DNA of 64,000 bases, from contig JAJZAI010000012.1 of the NCBI GenBank assembly GCA_021799495.1, positions 4,292 through 68,291 of the forward strand, written 5' to 3'. A program made the translations under genes and the position numbers. The stretch is from Deltaproteobacteria bacterium. Its GTDB lineage: Bacteria; Desulfobacterota; Binatia; Binatales; Binataceae. Below the pieces are notes generated by a model, which saw only the letters and a program-made list of their open reading frames with translations, was not told the DNA's origin and ran no database searches. Positions 48,243-57,539 of this stretch are shown one piece after another (position 1 is the stretch's first letter; every line of letters begins with the position of its first letter).

Positions 48243-51164
48243 TCAGCCACCGACGACCGTCCGGCAGCGCTCATCGAGCTCCCCTTCGCCCTCGAAATAT
48301 TTCCAGCATCGCGGACACTTCCGCCCCGCCGCCTTGCGCCCGATCACGCTGATCGGCGGAAGGTCCGGCAGATGCGCGGCGACTCGATGAAATGGATTCT
48401 CTGAGTTTTGTTCGCCGCCGCCGTCATGCGGCGCGGTTTCGGGCGCCGCGCCGTTCGACAGAACTTTCACCTCGGAAACGATGAATAAATCCTTGAGTTG
48501 GTCGCGATAATTTTTAAGCATCGCGGCGGCGGGATTTTGCAGGCCGACCACGATCTCCGCCTCCAGCGGCGCGCCGATTGCGCTCGCCTGCCGCATCGCT
48601 TCCAGCACCTTCAGCGCTTCGCCCCGTACGGCGAGCAGCCGGTCCCAGCGCGCGTCCAGCTCGGCGTCAACGAATCGATCATCCGCGGGCGCGAGCGTCA
48701 GCAGATGCACGCTGTCGCCGGTTCGTCCCGGAATATGCGAATGGATTTCGTCGGCGGTGTACGGGATCAGCGGCGCGAGCATCCGCGCCAGCCCGTCGAC
48801 CATCAGATACAGCGCGCTTTGCGCCGAGCGCCGCTCGCGCGAATTTGCCGCGTCGCAGTAGAGCCGATCGCGCGTCACGTCGATATAGAGCGAGCTCAGC
48901 TCGACCACCACAAAATTCAGCATCGCGCGATATGCCGCCTGAAAGTCATACGCCTCATATGCGTTTACGACTTCGGCCTTGAGCTTCTCGAAGCGGCCCA
49001 GGATATAGCGGTCGAATTCGAGCATCGCCGGCGGCGCGAGTGCGTCGCCCGCCGGATCGAAATCGTAGAGGTTGCCGAGCATGTAACGGCAGGTGTTGCG
49101 AATCTTGCGATACGATTCGGAGACCGAATTGTAGATCGTCGGACCCAGCGCCAGCTCGCTGGTGTAATCGAGCGACGCATAGACCAGCCGCAGCACGTCG
49201 GCGCCGATCCGGTTGATCGCGTCGGCCGCGTCCTCGGAATTGCCGAGCGACTTCGACATTTTGCGGCCCTGCTCATCGACCGTCAGCCCGTGGCTGATCA
49301 CGCTGCGAAACGGGGCGTGGCCGCGCTCGGCGACCGCGCAGGTGAGCGACGAACCGAACCATCCGCGCGCCTGCTCGACCGCCTCGAGATAGGCGTCGGC
49401 CGGCCACGACAACTCGGGCCGCTTGCCGAGCACGGCGGCCTGCGACGAACCCGAATCGAACCAGACGTCGAGCACGTCCTCTTCTTTCGCGAAATCGACG
49501 CCACCGCAATTCGCGCACTTTATCGAACGCGCGAAATCGCCGGCCGGACGCACGAACCACGCGTCAGATCCTTCGCGCGCGAAAATCTCCTCCGCCGCAC
49601 GCATCGCCTCGTCGTACAACTCGACCCGTCCGCATCCCGCGCAGCGCAGCGCCGGAATCGGCACGCCCCAGGCGCGCTGGCGCGAAAGGCACCAGTCCGG
49701 CCGCGTCTCAGTCATGTTGCGAATCCGATCGCGCGACCACGCCGGAATCCATTTCACCGCGTCGATTTCGGCAATTACCCGCTCGCGCAGCCGGTCGTGG
49801 TCGATACGCAAAAACCATTGCTCGGCGGCAAGGAAAATCAGCGGATTCTTGCATCGCCAGCAATGTGGATAGCTGTGCGTGTAGTCGTGCGCGTGGAGCA
49901 GCGCGCCAATCTCGCGCAGCTTCGCGACGATCGCCGGGTTCGCCTTGAAGACGTTCTGTCCCGCCCATTCGCCCGCCTCGGCGGTGAAGGTTCCCGTGCG
50001 ATCCACGGGCGTGAACGGCTGGAGCCCGTATTGATTGCCAACCACGAAGTCCTCGTAGCCGTGGCCGGGCGCGGTATGCACCAGGCCCGTGCCGGCCTCG
50101 GCCGTCACATGATCGCCGTACATCAGCTTCACGTCGCGTCCGGCGAACGGATGACGGAAAATATCGCGGCCGTCGCGCGCGCGCAGCGCGGCGGAATCGA
50201 GCGCGATAGTCTTTTCGACCGTCAGTCCGCATTCTTTGGCGACCGCTTCGGCCAGCCGCTCGGCCACGACGTAATAGCTGTCGCCGGCCTTGAGCGCGAC
50301 GTACTCGAATGTCGGGTTCAGGCTGATGCCGAGATTCGCCGGCAGCGTCCACGGCGTAGTGGTCCAGATCACGGCGAACAATTTGCCCGCGCGCCGCGCT
50401 TCTTCCAGTTCGGTGCCGTCCGCCGGATTCGCGGCAAGTTCGGCGGCGTCGCCGGCCGCGTCGTTGAACGCGAAGGCGACGTAAATCGACGGCGATTTAT
50501 GTTCGCGGTATTCGACCTCCGCCTCGGCCAGCGCGGTGCGATCGGAAAAGCACCAATGAACCGGGCGCAGGCCGCGATAGACGTAGCCGGCCGCCGTGAG
50601 CTTGCGCAGCACGCCGATTTCGGCCGCGTCGTACTCCGGATCCATCGTGATATACGGCCGATACCAGTCGCCGACGCATCCGAGCCGCATGAAATCCGCG
50701 CGCTGAATATCGATCCATTTTTCCGCTTCAACGCGGCACAGCCGGCGCAATTCGAGCTTGGAAAGCGTGCGCGCTTTCTCGCCCAGATCGCGCGAAACTT
50801 TGAACTCGATCGGCATCCCGTGACAGTCCCATCCCGGCACATACGGCGTCCGGAACCCCATCATCGAGCGCGACCGCACCACGAAATCCTTGAGCGCCTT
50901 GTTGAGCGCCGTGCCCATGTGCACGCGGCCGTTCGCGTAAGGCGGCCCGTCGTGCAGTATCCAGCTTTGGGCGGATGCGCGCGCCTCAAGGATGCGCGCG
51001 TAGAGATTCGTCTCGTTCCAGCGCTTGAGCAGGTCCGGCTCCCGCTTCGGCAGGTTCGCCTTCATCGGGAAGTCGGTCTTGGGCAATTTCAGCGTCGCTT
51101 TATAGTCGGTCTCGGCCACGGGCGGATTCGGCGCGCGGCGGCGAACAGCCGGCGCGGCCGTCAA
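48243..51164 (-). CDS. ileS: Isoleucine--tRNA ligase
   Basis: HDGPPYANGRVHMGTALNK (HIGH), KMSKSLGN (KMSKS), and C-terminal Zn-binding CPRCW. Confidence 0.97.
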   Translation of the reverse strand: MTAAPAVRRRAPNPPVAETDYKATLKLPKTDFPMKANLPKREPDLLKRWNETNLYARILEARASAQSWILHDGPPYANGRVHMGTALNKALKDFVVRSRSMMGFRTPYVPGWDCHGMPIEFKVSRDLGEKARTLSKLELRRLCRVEAEKWIDIQRADFMRLGCVGDWYRPYITMDPEYDAAEIGVLRKLTAAGYVYRGLRPVHWCFSDRTALAEAEVEYREHKSPSIYVAFAFNDAAGDAAELAANPADGTELEEARRAGKLFAVIWTTTPWTLPANLGISLNPTFEYVALKAGDSYYVVAERLAEAVAKECGLTVEKTIALDSAALRARDGRDIFRHPFAGRDVKLMYGDHVTAEAGTGLVHTAPGHGYEDFVVGNQYGLQPFTPVDRTGTFTAEAGEWAGQNVFKANPAIVAKLREIGALLHAHDYTHSYPHCWRCKNPLIFLAAEQWFLRIDHDRLRERVIAEIDAVKWIPAWSRDRIRNMTETRPDWCLSRQRAWGVPIPALRCAGCGRVELYDEAMRAAEEIFAREGSDAWFVRPAGDFARSIKCANCGGVDFAKEEDVLDVWFDSGSSQAAVLGKRPELSWPADAYLEAVEQARGWFGSSLTCAVAERGHAPFRSVISHGLTVDEQGRKMSKSLGNSEDAADAINRIGADVLRLVYASLDYTSELALGPTIYNSVSESYRKIRNTCRYMLGNLYDFDPAGDALAPPAMLEFDRYILGRFEKLKAEVVNAYEAYDFQAAYRAMLNFVVVELSSLYIDVTRDRLYCDAANSRERRSAQSALYLMVDGLARMLAPLIPYTADEIHSHIPGRTGDSVHLLTLAPADDRFVDAELDARWDRLLAVRGEALKVLEAMRQASAIGAPLEAEIVVGLQNPAAAMLKNYRDQLKDLFIVSEVKVLSNGAAPETAPHDGGGEQNSENPFHRVAAHLPDLPPISVIGRKAAGRKCPRCWKYFEGEGELDERCRTVVGG

Positions 51165-51248
51165 ACTCCTTCGTTTGCACGCGAATACGCGCTAATCGAA
51201 TTCAGAATAGCCGATCGAATCGCGCTGGCGCGAGTCTCGCCGCGGCGC

Positions 51249-51902
51249 TCAGGCGAGCGCGCGTCCGGCCGTAATCGCCAGATGAACCGTCAGCATCACG
51301 GCGACCAGCACCAGCACGACCGCCAGCAGACCCATCAGAACCGCTCCCAACGCCCGCCATGCCGAAAACCCGTGCGCCTCGCCAAGGCATTTGAGCGAGA
51401 TCACGAACGCCCAAAGCGTGACGATCACTTCAATCAGGCCGAACGACGAATGTTGCGGATAGACCCCCGCCGGCGCGCCGGTAAGACCGAGCGCCGCCAC
51501 GATTATGCCCACGATCGTCAGGTAAATTTCTGGCACCTGCGCCCACGCCAGCGCCGCCCGCACCTGAACCGCGTCCGCCGCGCCGCCCAGCATCGCGCCC
51601 GACCATCGGTAGAGCGCGCCGAACACGAACAGCATCGCGACATTCGCTCCGCCCATGAACAACGCCGCGAGCGCGAGCCCCAACGGCCCGATTTGCGGCA
51701 GCCGCATATGCATGTGCGGCATCGGCGCATTGACCAGATTCGCGCGTATATTCACCATCGCGAGCGCGCCCGCCACGAACGCGATTCCGACCGCGAACTT
51801 GCGCGGATCCGCATCGATGATGCGCCGGATCGTCGCGCGCGGCCGCACCCAAATCGACAGCCACGCCTCAACCCAGATATCGCCCGTCGCTGTTCCGTCC
51901 AT
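51249..51902 (-). CDS. Yip1-domain integral membrane protein
   Basis: WLSIWVRPRATIRRII N-terminal segment followed by five hydrophobic helices. This layout is typical of bacterial Yip1 family members. ATG at 51902. Confidence 0.5.
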   Translation of the reverse strand: MDGTATGDIWVEAWLSIWVRPRATIRRIIDADPRKFAVGIAFVAGALAMVNIRANLVNAPMPHMHMRLPQIGPLGLALAALFMGGANVAMLFVFGALYRWSGAMLGGAADAVQVRAALAWAQVPEIYLTIVGIIVAALGLTGAPAGVYPQHSSFGLIEVIVTLWAFVISLKCLGEAHGFSAWRALGAVLMGLLAVVLVLVAVMLTVHLAITAGRALA

Positions 51903-52071
51903 ATTCGTCCCCGCTCGCGCCAGCGTTCGCGCCAAGCGGAATTTGAAAACCCGCCGGCGGTTCCCATATAGTCCCGGCCAATCGTAACGATCTGTCAGCG
52001 ATGTCGCGAGCGGCTATGCGCGGCGCATTTGCCGCCGCGCCGCGCGAACGCGCCACGAAAGGATTGCGCAA

Positions 52072-53277
52072 TTGAACGACGATGGAGCGCTTGCCGGGCT
52101 CAAAGTGCTCGACCTAACCACCGCCAGGGGCCATCTGTGCGGCAGGATTCTCGCTGACATGGGCGCCAACGTGATCAAAATCGAACCACGCGGCGGCGAC
52201 GCCGGGCGGCGGTTCGGCCCGTTTCTCGACGACCGGCCGCATCCCGATCGCAGCCTCTTTTTCTGGTTCTACAACCTCAACAAACGCTCGCTCACGCTCG
52301 ATCTGAAAAATCCGCGCGGACGTGAAATTCTGCTCGCGCTGGCGCGCGGCGCCGATCTTGTAATCGAAAGTTTCGCGCCCGGCGCAATCGCCGAAATTGG
52401 CGCCGGATGGAAGGAGCTGCACGCGGCGAATCCCGCGCTCATCCTGCTCTCGATCGCGCCGTTCGGACAGACCGGCCCGTACCGCGATTTCGCCGCCGAC
52501 GACGCGATCCTGACCGCGATGGCAGGCATGCTTTACGTCAACGGCTCGCCCGGCCGCAAGCCGGTCCGGCCACTTGGACCGCAGGCGTATCATTCCTCGG
52601 CGTATTACGCCGCAATCTCCGCGATGTGCGCGCTGTTCGCGCGCGATCGGATCGGACACGGCCAGTGGATCGATCTGAGCATGCAGGAGGCGACGATCAG
52701 CGCGGTCGAGCACGTCGCCGGCGGCTACTTCGCCGAGGGCCGTGTCGAGCCGCGCCGCGGCACGCTGCATTGGAGCCGCTACTTCAGGGTCGCGCGATGC
52801 CGTGACGGGTACGTGATGCACTGTTCGCTGGGCGATTGGACCTCGCTCGTGCAATGGGTCGCGGGCGACGGCAAGGCGCGGGACCTCGTCAATCCCGAAT
52901 GGGAAGACGTCGTCTATCGCGCCGAGCACGCCGAGCATCTGTTCGACGTGCTCGACGAATGGGTCAAAGACTACTCGCGCGATGAATTGCTCGAGCGGGC
53001 GCAGATGCTGCGGCTGCCCTACGCCAGCGTCCGCCGGCCGGAGGCGTTGTTCGAGGACGAGCAGCTTGCCGCGCGCGGCTACTTCGTCGAAGTGGAACAT
53101 CCCGAGCTCGGCCGCAAGATTCGTTATCCTGGCGCGCCATTTCTGTTCAACGGTACGCCCTGGCGCGTGCGGCGCCGGCCGCCGCTGATCGGCGAGCACA
53201 GCGAGGAAATCCTGCGCGAAGAATTGGGCCTCGACGCGGCCGAAATCGCGACGCTCGCGGCGGAAGGGGTGATTTGA
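52072..53277 (+). CDS. Family III CoA-transferase (CaiB/BaiF-type)
   Basis: LAGLKVLDLTTARGHLCGRILADMGANVIKIEPRGGD is the signature N-terminus. TTG start with an aagga RBS upstream. Confidence 0.85.
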   Translation: MNDDGALAGLKVLDLTTARGHLCGRILADMGANVIKIEPRGGDAGRRFGPFLDDRPHPDRSLFFWFYNLNKRSLTLDLKNPRGREILLALARGADLVIESFAPGAIAEIGAGWKELHAANPALILLSIAPFGQTGPYRDFAADDAILTAMAGMLYVNGSPGRKPVRPLGPQAYHSSAYYAAISAMCALFARDRIGHGQWIDLSMQEATISAVEHVAGGYFAEGRVEPRRGTLHWSRYFRVARCRDGYVMHCSLGDWTSLVQWVAGDGKARDLVNPEWEDVVYRAEHAEHLFDVLDEWVKDYSRDELLERAQMLRLPYASVRRPEALFEDEQLAARGYFVEVEHPELGRKIRYPGAPFLFNGTPWRVRRRPPLIGEHSEEILREELGLDAAEIATLAAEGVI

Positions 53278-53279
53278 CG

Positions 53280-54479
53280 ATGGCGCCGATGCCGCTCGAA
53301 GGAATACGCGTGCTCGATTTCACGTGGGTCGTCGCCGGTCCGGTGGCGACCCGGATTCTGGCCGACCAGGGCGCCGAAGTGATCAAACTGGAGCGCAAAC
53401 CCGGCCCGCCCGGCTCGCGCCAAATCGGCTTGCAGGGCGACCTGCATCGCAACAAGCGCTCGATCGCGGTCAACATGAGCCATCCGCAAGGCGTCGAAAT
53501 CGCGCGCCGGCTCGCGCAAATCAGCAACCTGGTGATCGACAATTTCTCGGCCCGCGTGATGCGCATGTGGGGGATGGACTTCGCGAGCCTGAGCCAGGTC
53601 AACCCGGGCATCGTATGTGTCAGCATGTCCGGCCTGGGACATACCGGGCCGCGCTCCAGCTACGTCAGCTATGGCCCGACGCTGCAAGCTTTGGGCGGCT
53701 ATACGATGCTGATGGCGGAAGAATCGGGCGAACCGTCCGGCTTCGGTTACTCCTATGCCGACATGTCCGGCGGATACACGGGCGCGCTCGCTTCGCTGAT
53801 CGCGCTATGGGCGCGCAAGCGGACCGGCAAGGGCCAGTTTGTCGATCTTTCGCAATTCGAGGCGGCGATCAGCGTAATTGGTCCCGCCCTGCTCGATATT
53901 GCCGCGAACCGTCGCGAGCAAACTCCTCCCGGATGGACGTGCCAGGAGGGCCCGGCGGCGCCACATGGCGCCTATCGATGCCGCCCGCGCGACGGCGACG
54001 ACGATCGCTGGCTCGCGATCAGCGTCCGCACGCAGGCCGAATGGGATCGCTTCGTGGCGGCGATCGGCGCCCCCGGATGGGCCGCGGACGCGAAATTCCG
54101 CACGCTCTATCTGCGGATGCGCAATCGTTCCGAACTGGACGCGCACGTCGCCGCATGGGCGGCTGGTCAATCCGCCGAAACCGCGATGCAACTTCTGCAA
54201 AGCGTTGGAGTCGCCGCTGGCCTCGTCGCCAACGGCGCCGATATCTGCGCCCGCGACCCGCATCTGAAGGCGCGCAATTTCTGGGGTACGGTAACTCTGC
54301 CGGACGGCCTCACCACCCACGTCACCGGAATTCCGATGAAACTCTCGGCGACGCCGGGCGCGATCCGAACGGTATCGCCCGAGATCGGCTCGTCCAACGA
54401 TTACGTGCTGGGCGAACTGCTCGGCCTCGGCCGCGCCGAGCGCGACGGGCTGATCGCCGACGGCGCCGTCTGGCCATGA
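53280..54479 (+). CDS. Family III CoA-transferase (CaiB/BaiF-type), second copy
   Basis: LEGIRVLDFTWVVAGPVATRILADQGAEVIKLERK. ATG 53280 lies just after the upstream stop, with a ggaagggg RBS. Confidence 0.85.
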   Translation: MAPMPLEGIRVLDFTWVVAGPVATRILADQGAEVIKLERKPGPPGSRQIGLQGDLHRNKRSIAVNMSHPQGVEIARRLAQISNLVIDNFSARVMRMWGMDFASLSQVNPGIVCVSMSGLGHTGPRSSYVSYGPTLQALGGYTMLMAEESGEPSGFGYSYADMSGGYTGALASLIALWARKRTGKGQFVDLSQFEAAISVIGPALLDIAANRREQTPPGWTCQEGPAAPHGAYRCRPRDGDDDRWLAISVRTQAEWDRFVAAIGAPGWAADAKFRTLYLRMRNRSELDAHVAAWAAGQSAETAMQLLQSVGVAAGLVANGADICARDPHLKARNFWGTVTLPDGLTTHVTGIPMKLSATPGAIRTVSPEIGSSNDYVLGELLGLGRAERDGLIADGAVWP

Positions 54480-54580
54480 GTTTCGTTACGCGCGGACTTG
54501 CGTTAACGCGGCGGGAATTGTTCTATTGTCGATAAATTTTCGCTCGAACAGGCCGCCTGCGCGGCCCGAACGGTATCGCC

Positions 54581-56113
54581 TTGCTCGCCAGCGTACTGTC
54601 CAGCGCACTTGCCGGAGTCGACGCCTTTCCGGTCGAAGTCGAAATCGATATCAGCGCCGGAATTCCAGGCTTCCGGATGGTCGGTCTGCCTGACGGTGCC
54701 GTGCGCGAAGCCTTCGACCGCATCAAATCAGCGATCACCAACTCCGGCTTCGAATTTCCCAACCGCAAAATCACGATCAACCTCGCTCCCGCCGACGTTC
54801 GCAAGGAGGGATCGGCGTTCGACCTGCCGATGGCGCTCGGGATTCTCGCGGCCAAGGATGACATCCAGAAGCGCAACCGGTTGCGCGGCTATCTCGTGCT
54901 CGGCGAACTCGCGCTCGACGGCCGGATCAAGGGAATCAAGGGCGCCCTGCCCAGCGCCCTCCTCGCGCGGAACCGGAACCTGGCCGGCGTCGTATTGCCG
55001 CGCGAAAACGCCGCCGAGGCTTCCGTGGTCGGCGAAGCGGTGCGCGTGCTCGGCGTCGAAACCCTGCGCGAGGCGTTCGAGTTTTTCGAGGAACTGCTCG
55101 AGATCCCGCCGACCCACGTCAATCTGAACGAACTGTTCGACGCGGCCAGCCGTTACGACCTCGATTTCAGCGAGGTCAAAGGGCAAGAGCAGGCCAAGCG
55201 CGCGTTAGAAGTCGCCGCCGCCGGCGGCCATAACGTCCTGATGATCGGCCCGCCCGGCTCGGGCAAAACGATGCTCGCGAAGCGCTTGCCGACGATCCTG
55301 CCGGGGATGAGCTTCGAGGAAGCGATCGAAACCACCAAGGTCCACAGCGTCGCTGGCTTGCTCGATGGACGGGCGCTGATCGCGACGCGGCCCTTCCGCG
55401 CACCGCATCATACGATATCGGACGCAGGACTGATCGGCGGCGGCCCGATCCCGCGCCCCGGCGAAGTCAGCTTAGGCCATAACGGCGTTCTCTTTTTGGA
55501 CGAACTGCCGGAATTCCGCAAAAACGTCCTCGAAGTCCTGCGCCAGCCGCTCGAAGACCGCCGCATCACGATCGCCCGCGTGATGGGCACGATGACGTTT
55601 CCGGCCAGCGTGATGATGGTCGCGGCGATGAATCCGTGTCCGTGCGGCTTCTACACCGATTCGCAGCACGAATGCGTCTGTTCGCCGATGATTATCCAGC
55701 GCTATCGCTCGCGCATTTCCGGGCCGCTGCTCGACCGGCTGGATATCCATATTGAAGTGCCGGCGGTGAAGTACAAGGAGCTGGCCGACCGCGGCGCCGG
55801 CGAACCCTCGACCGCGATTCGCGACCGGGTGAATCAGGCCCGCAACCTGCAACTGGAACGGTTTCGCGGCACGCCCTATTTCTGCAACGCGCAGATGGGC
55901 GCGCGCGAATTGCGCGAGCATTGCGCGATCGACGCTTCGGGCGAACGCCTGCTTGAACTAGCGATCAACCGGCTTGGCCTGAGCGCGCGCGCCTACACGC
56001 GCACGCTCAAGGTCGCCCGCACGATCGCCGACCTCGACGGCGGCGGCCCGATTCAGGCGTTCCATCTGAGCGAGGCGATCCAGTACCGCTCCCTCGACAG
56101 GATGGCGATGTGA
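54581..56113 (+). CDS. yifB: YifB/ComM-family Mg-chelatase-like AAA+ ATPase
   Basis: [26 protein letters not shown]-terminus (Lon-protease-like domain). Walker A is [13 protein letters not shown] and Walker B is [11 protein letters not shown]. Confidence 0.9.
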   Translation: MLASVLSSALAGVDAFPVEVEIDISAGIPGFRMVGLPDGAVREAFDRIKSAITNSGFEFPNRKITINLAPADVRKEGSAFDLPMALGILAAKDDIQKRNRLRGYLVLGELALDGRIKGIKGALPSALLARNRNLAGVVLPRENAAEASVVGEAVRVLGVETLREAFEFFEELLEIPPTHVNLNELFDAASRYDLDFSEVKGQEQAKRALEVAAAGGHNVLMIGPPGSGKTMLAKRLPTILPGMSFEEAIETTKVHSVAGLLDGRALIATRPFRAPHHTISDAGLIGGGPIPRPGEVSLGHNGVLFLDELPEFRKNVLEVLRQPLEDRRITIARVMGTMTFPASVMMVAAMNPCPCGFYTDSQHECVCSPMIIQRYRSRISGPLLDRLDIHIEVPAVKYKELADRGAGEPSTAIRDRVNQARNLQLERFRGTPYFCNAQMGARELREHCAIDASGERLLELAINRLGLSARAYTRTLKVARTIADLDGGGPIQAFHLSEAIQYRSLDRMAM

Positions 56114-56223
56114 GGAAATGTGGCCGAGGTCGTCCTTTATTTTAAGAGCGAAAGCGCTCCGGTCCGTCCTGATCGAAGTGCGAACGATAGCTTATAAGAA
56201 GCCCTTTAAAAATATAAAATGCT

Positions 56224-56251
56224 TTGACAGTCAGCTTGAAACAATGATAAA
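56224..56251 (+). promoter_or_regulatory. Sigma-70-like promoter candidate for the islet genes
   Basis: TTGACA (56224-56229), a 16-nt spacer, then GATAAA (56246-56251), about 10 nt upstream of the 56261 GTG. Confidence 0.3.
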
Positions 56252-56260
56252 CGCCTCGAT

Positions 56261-56632
56261 GTGGCTGATAAGAAATCCATGGAAGCTCGTAAGCTCGAGC
56301 TCCGGTACCAATTTTTATTCCGAATTATTGACTTAGCTTCGCGCACGATTGATCAGGGTATCCCGGCGCTAACAGTGGTCCTAATAGTCTATTTCGGCAT
56401 ATTTCGCACAGCGCACGAATTGGCGAGTAAGACAACCATGGCTGCGTTCGGTATGAGATTATTTGCGGACGCTAAGCCAGATGAGCTAGTCTCTTATCTA
56501 GCGGCAGTGGTCGGATGGCTTTTTGGAATAAACGCGCAACGATTAAGACGGAATACGACGGAGAGGTTGACACGCCGAATTCACGAATTGGAGCATCATA
56601 TAGACCCGACACGAACACCACTAGCGGTTTGA
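56261..56632 (+). CDS. Hypothetical two-TM membrane protein (islet ORF 1)
   Basis: Hydrophobic helices IPALTVVLIVYFGIF and LVSYLAAVVGWLFGI, and a basic/coiled C-terminus RRNTTERLTRRIHELEHH. Start is GTG 56261 or ATG 56279. No motif recognised. Confidence 0.45.
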   Translation: MADKKSMEARKLELRYQFLFRIIDLASRTIDQGIPALTVVLIVYFGIFRTAHELASKTTMAAFGMRLFADAKPDELVSYLAAVVGWLFGINAQRLRRNTTERLTRRIHELEHHIDPTRTPLAV

Positions 56633-56668
56633 CAACACAAGGTCAGACACCAAAAGAGGTTAATTAAC

Positions 56669-57223
56669 GTGGATATCGTGATAGCAGCGCGAATAATTCG
56701 CTTCTGCACGGGAGCTATTTTTGTTTGGGGAGTTTTTTATCTTAGCTTCAGACAATTCTTGCTTGATAATCTTCGACAAAATCTCTTCCAAATCAGGGAT
56801 GATGTCTTCGACTTTGCGGCCGATGGCGGAATTGAATTTAGCGACTTCTGTTATCGTTCGCTTCGAGACGATATCAACAGTCTGCTTTTATTTGCAGATA
56901 AGCTTTCGTTCGGTAGATTAATTTTCGCTCAGGTGGCTCTCAAGAGAAATCCCGAAATCACCAGCCAAATTGAACTATGGTTTAAAAAGATCGATCATCT
57001 CTCCCCATTGGCCCGAAAGACCCTTTCCGAAGCTCGGTTAAGGGTCTGGTGGGAGATAGTTTATTACATGATAAATCGGTCGATCATTTTGTTTCTGTTC
57101 TTCCATATTTTGCGCTTGATCTCGCTTTGGGTGAACAAACCACGAAATCTTTATCAAAGCCTTCCCAATTTCGCTAAACCGTTAGAGGCGCAAGCCCACG
57201 ACGAATACCATCTTGCTGCATAA
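56669..57223 (+). CDS. Hypothetical membrane protein (islet ORF 2)
   Basis: N-terminal TM IIRFCTGAIFVWGVFYLSF and C-terminal TM RSIILFLFFHILRLISLW. It is the longest ORF in the AT-rich segment in any frame. No motif recognised. Confidence 0.5.
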   Translation: MDIVIAARIIRFCTGAIFVWGVFYLSFRQFLLDNLRQNLFQIRDDVFDFAADGGIEFSDFCYRSLRDDINSLLLFADKLSFGRLIFAQVALKRNPEITSQIELWFKKIDHLSPLARKTLSEARLRVWWEIVYYMINRSIILFLFFHILRLISLWVNKPRNLYQSLPNFAKPLEAQAHDEYHLAA

Positions 57224-57420
57224 TCAGCAGGAGCGTTTTATCCAGCTTTGGTGCCATAAACTGCAAAGCGCGCTTGCTTTTGGAACGAGCCACATCGTGA
57301 CCGCAACGGGTATGATGATTGACGAACCGCGCTTGACCGTTGGATCGCCTGCCGTTTTTCCCGAGTCCATGATTTGACTTCAATTTTCAGCTAGCGTTGG
57401 CGCGGCTAGCGGGTGCTGCG

Positions 57421-57449
57421 TTGACATCGGGGGCGGGCGGGTTTACGCT
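57421..57449 (+). promoter_or_regulatory. Sigma-70-like promoter candidate upstream of ffh
   Basis: TTGACA (57421-57426), a 17-nt spacer, then TACGCT (57444-57449), about 90 nt upstream of the ffh ATG. Confidence 0.4.
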
Positions 57450-57539
57450 CTGATGCTTGGAATAAAGCCTGCGCCGACTTCCGAGGCATCAGAATAATCC
57501 GGACCACCCGGCCGTCTCTTCTTACATCCAGTTCCGATT

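Larger units (their letters stand above)
56114..57400. other. AT-rich islet (compositionally foreign segment) between yifB and ffh
   Basis: The sequence switches abruptly from GC-rich to visibly AT-rich text (for example tttattttaagag, aaaaatataaaatgc, ttttttatcttagc) right after the yifB stop. It returns to GC-rich near 57400. The boundaries are approximate. Confidence 0.6.

Noticed and set aside
46757-48352. A 531-aa + strand ORF opposite the phosphotriesterase-like gene and lspA.
   Set aside because: It is an antisense shadow ORF that crosses an intergenic region and two genes, with no motifs.
48498-51971. A 1157-aa ORF on the + strand antisense to ileS that runs on into the Yip1-like gene.
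   Set aside because: It is an Arg/His/Pro-rich low-complexity translation with no motifs. It overlaps two well-supported minus-strand genes. This is a GC-driven shadow ORF.
56118-56336. A 72-aa ORF at the left edge of the AT-rich islet.
   Set aside because: It overlaps the promoter-like element and the start of islet ORF 1. It has no hydrophobic or motif structure. It is most likely a chance ORF within the AT-rich islet.
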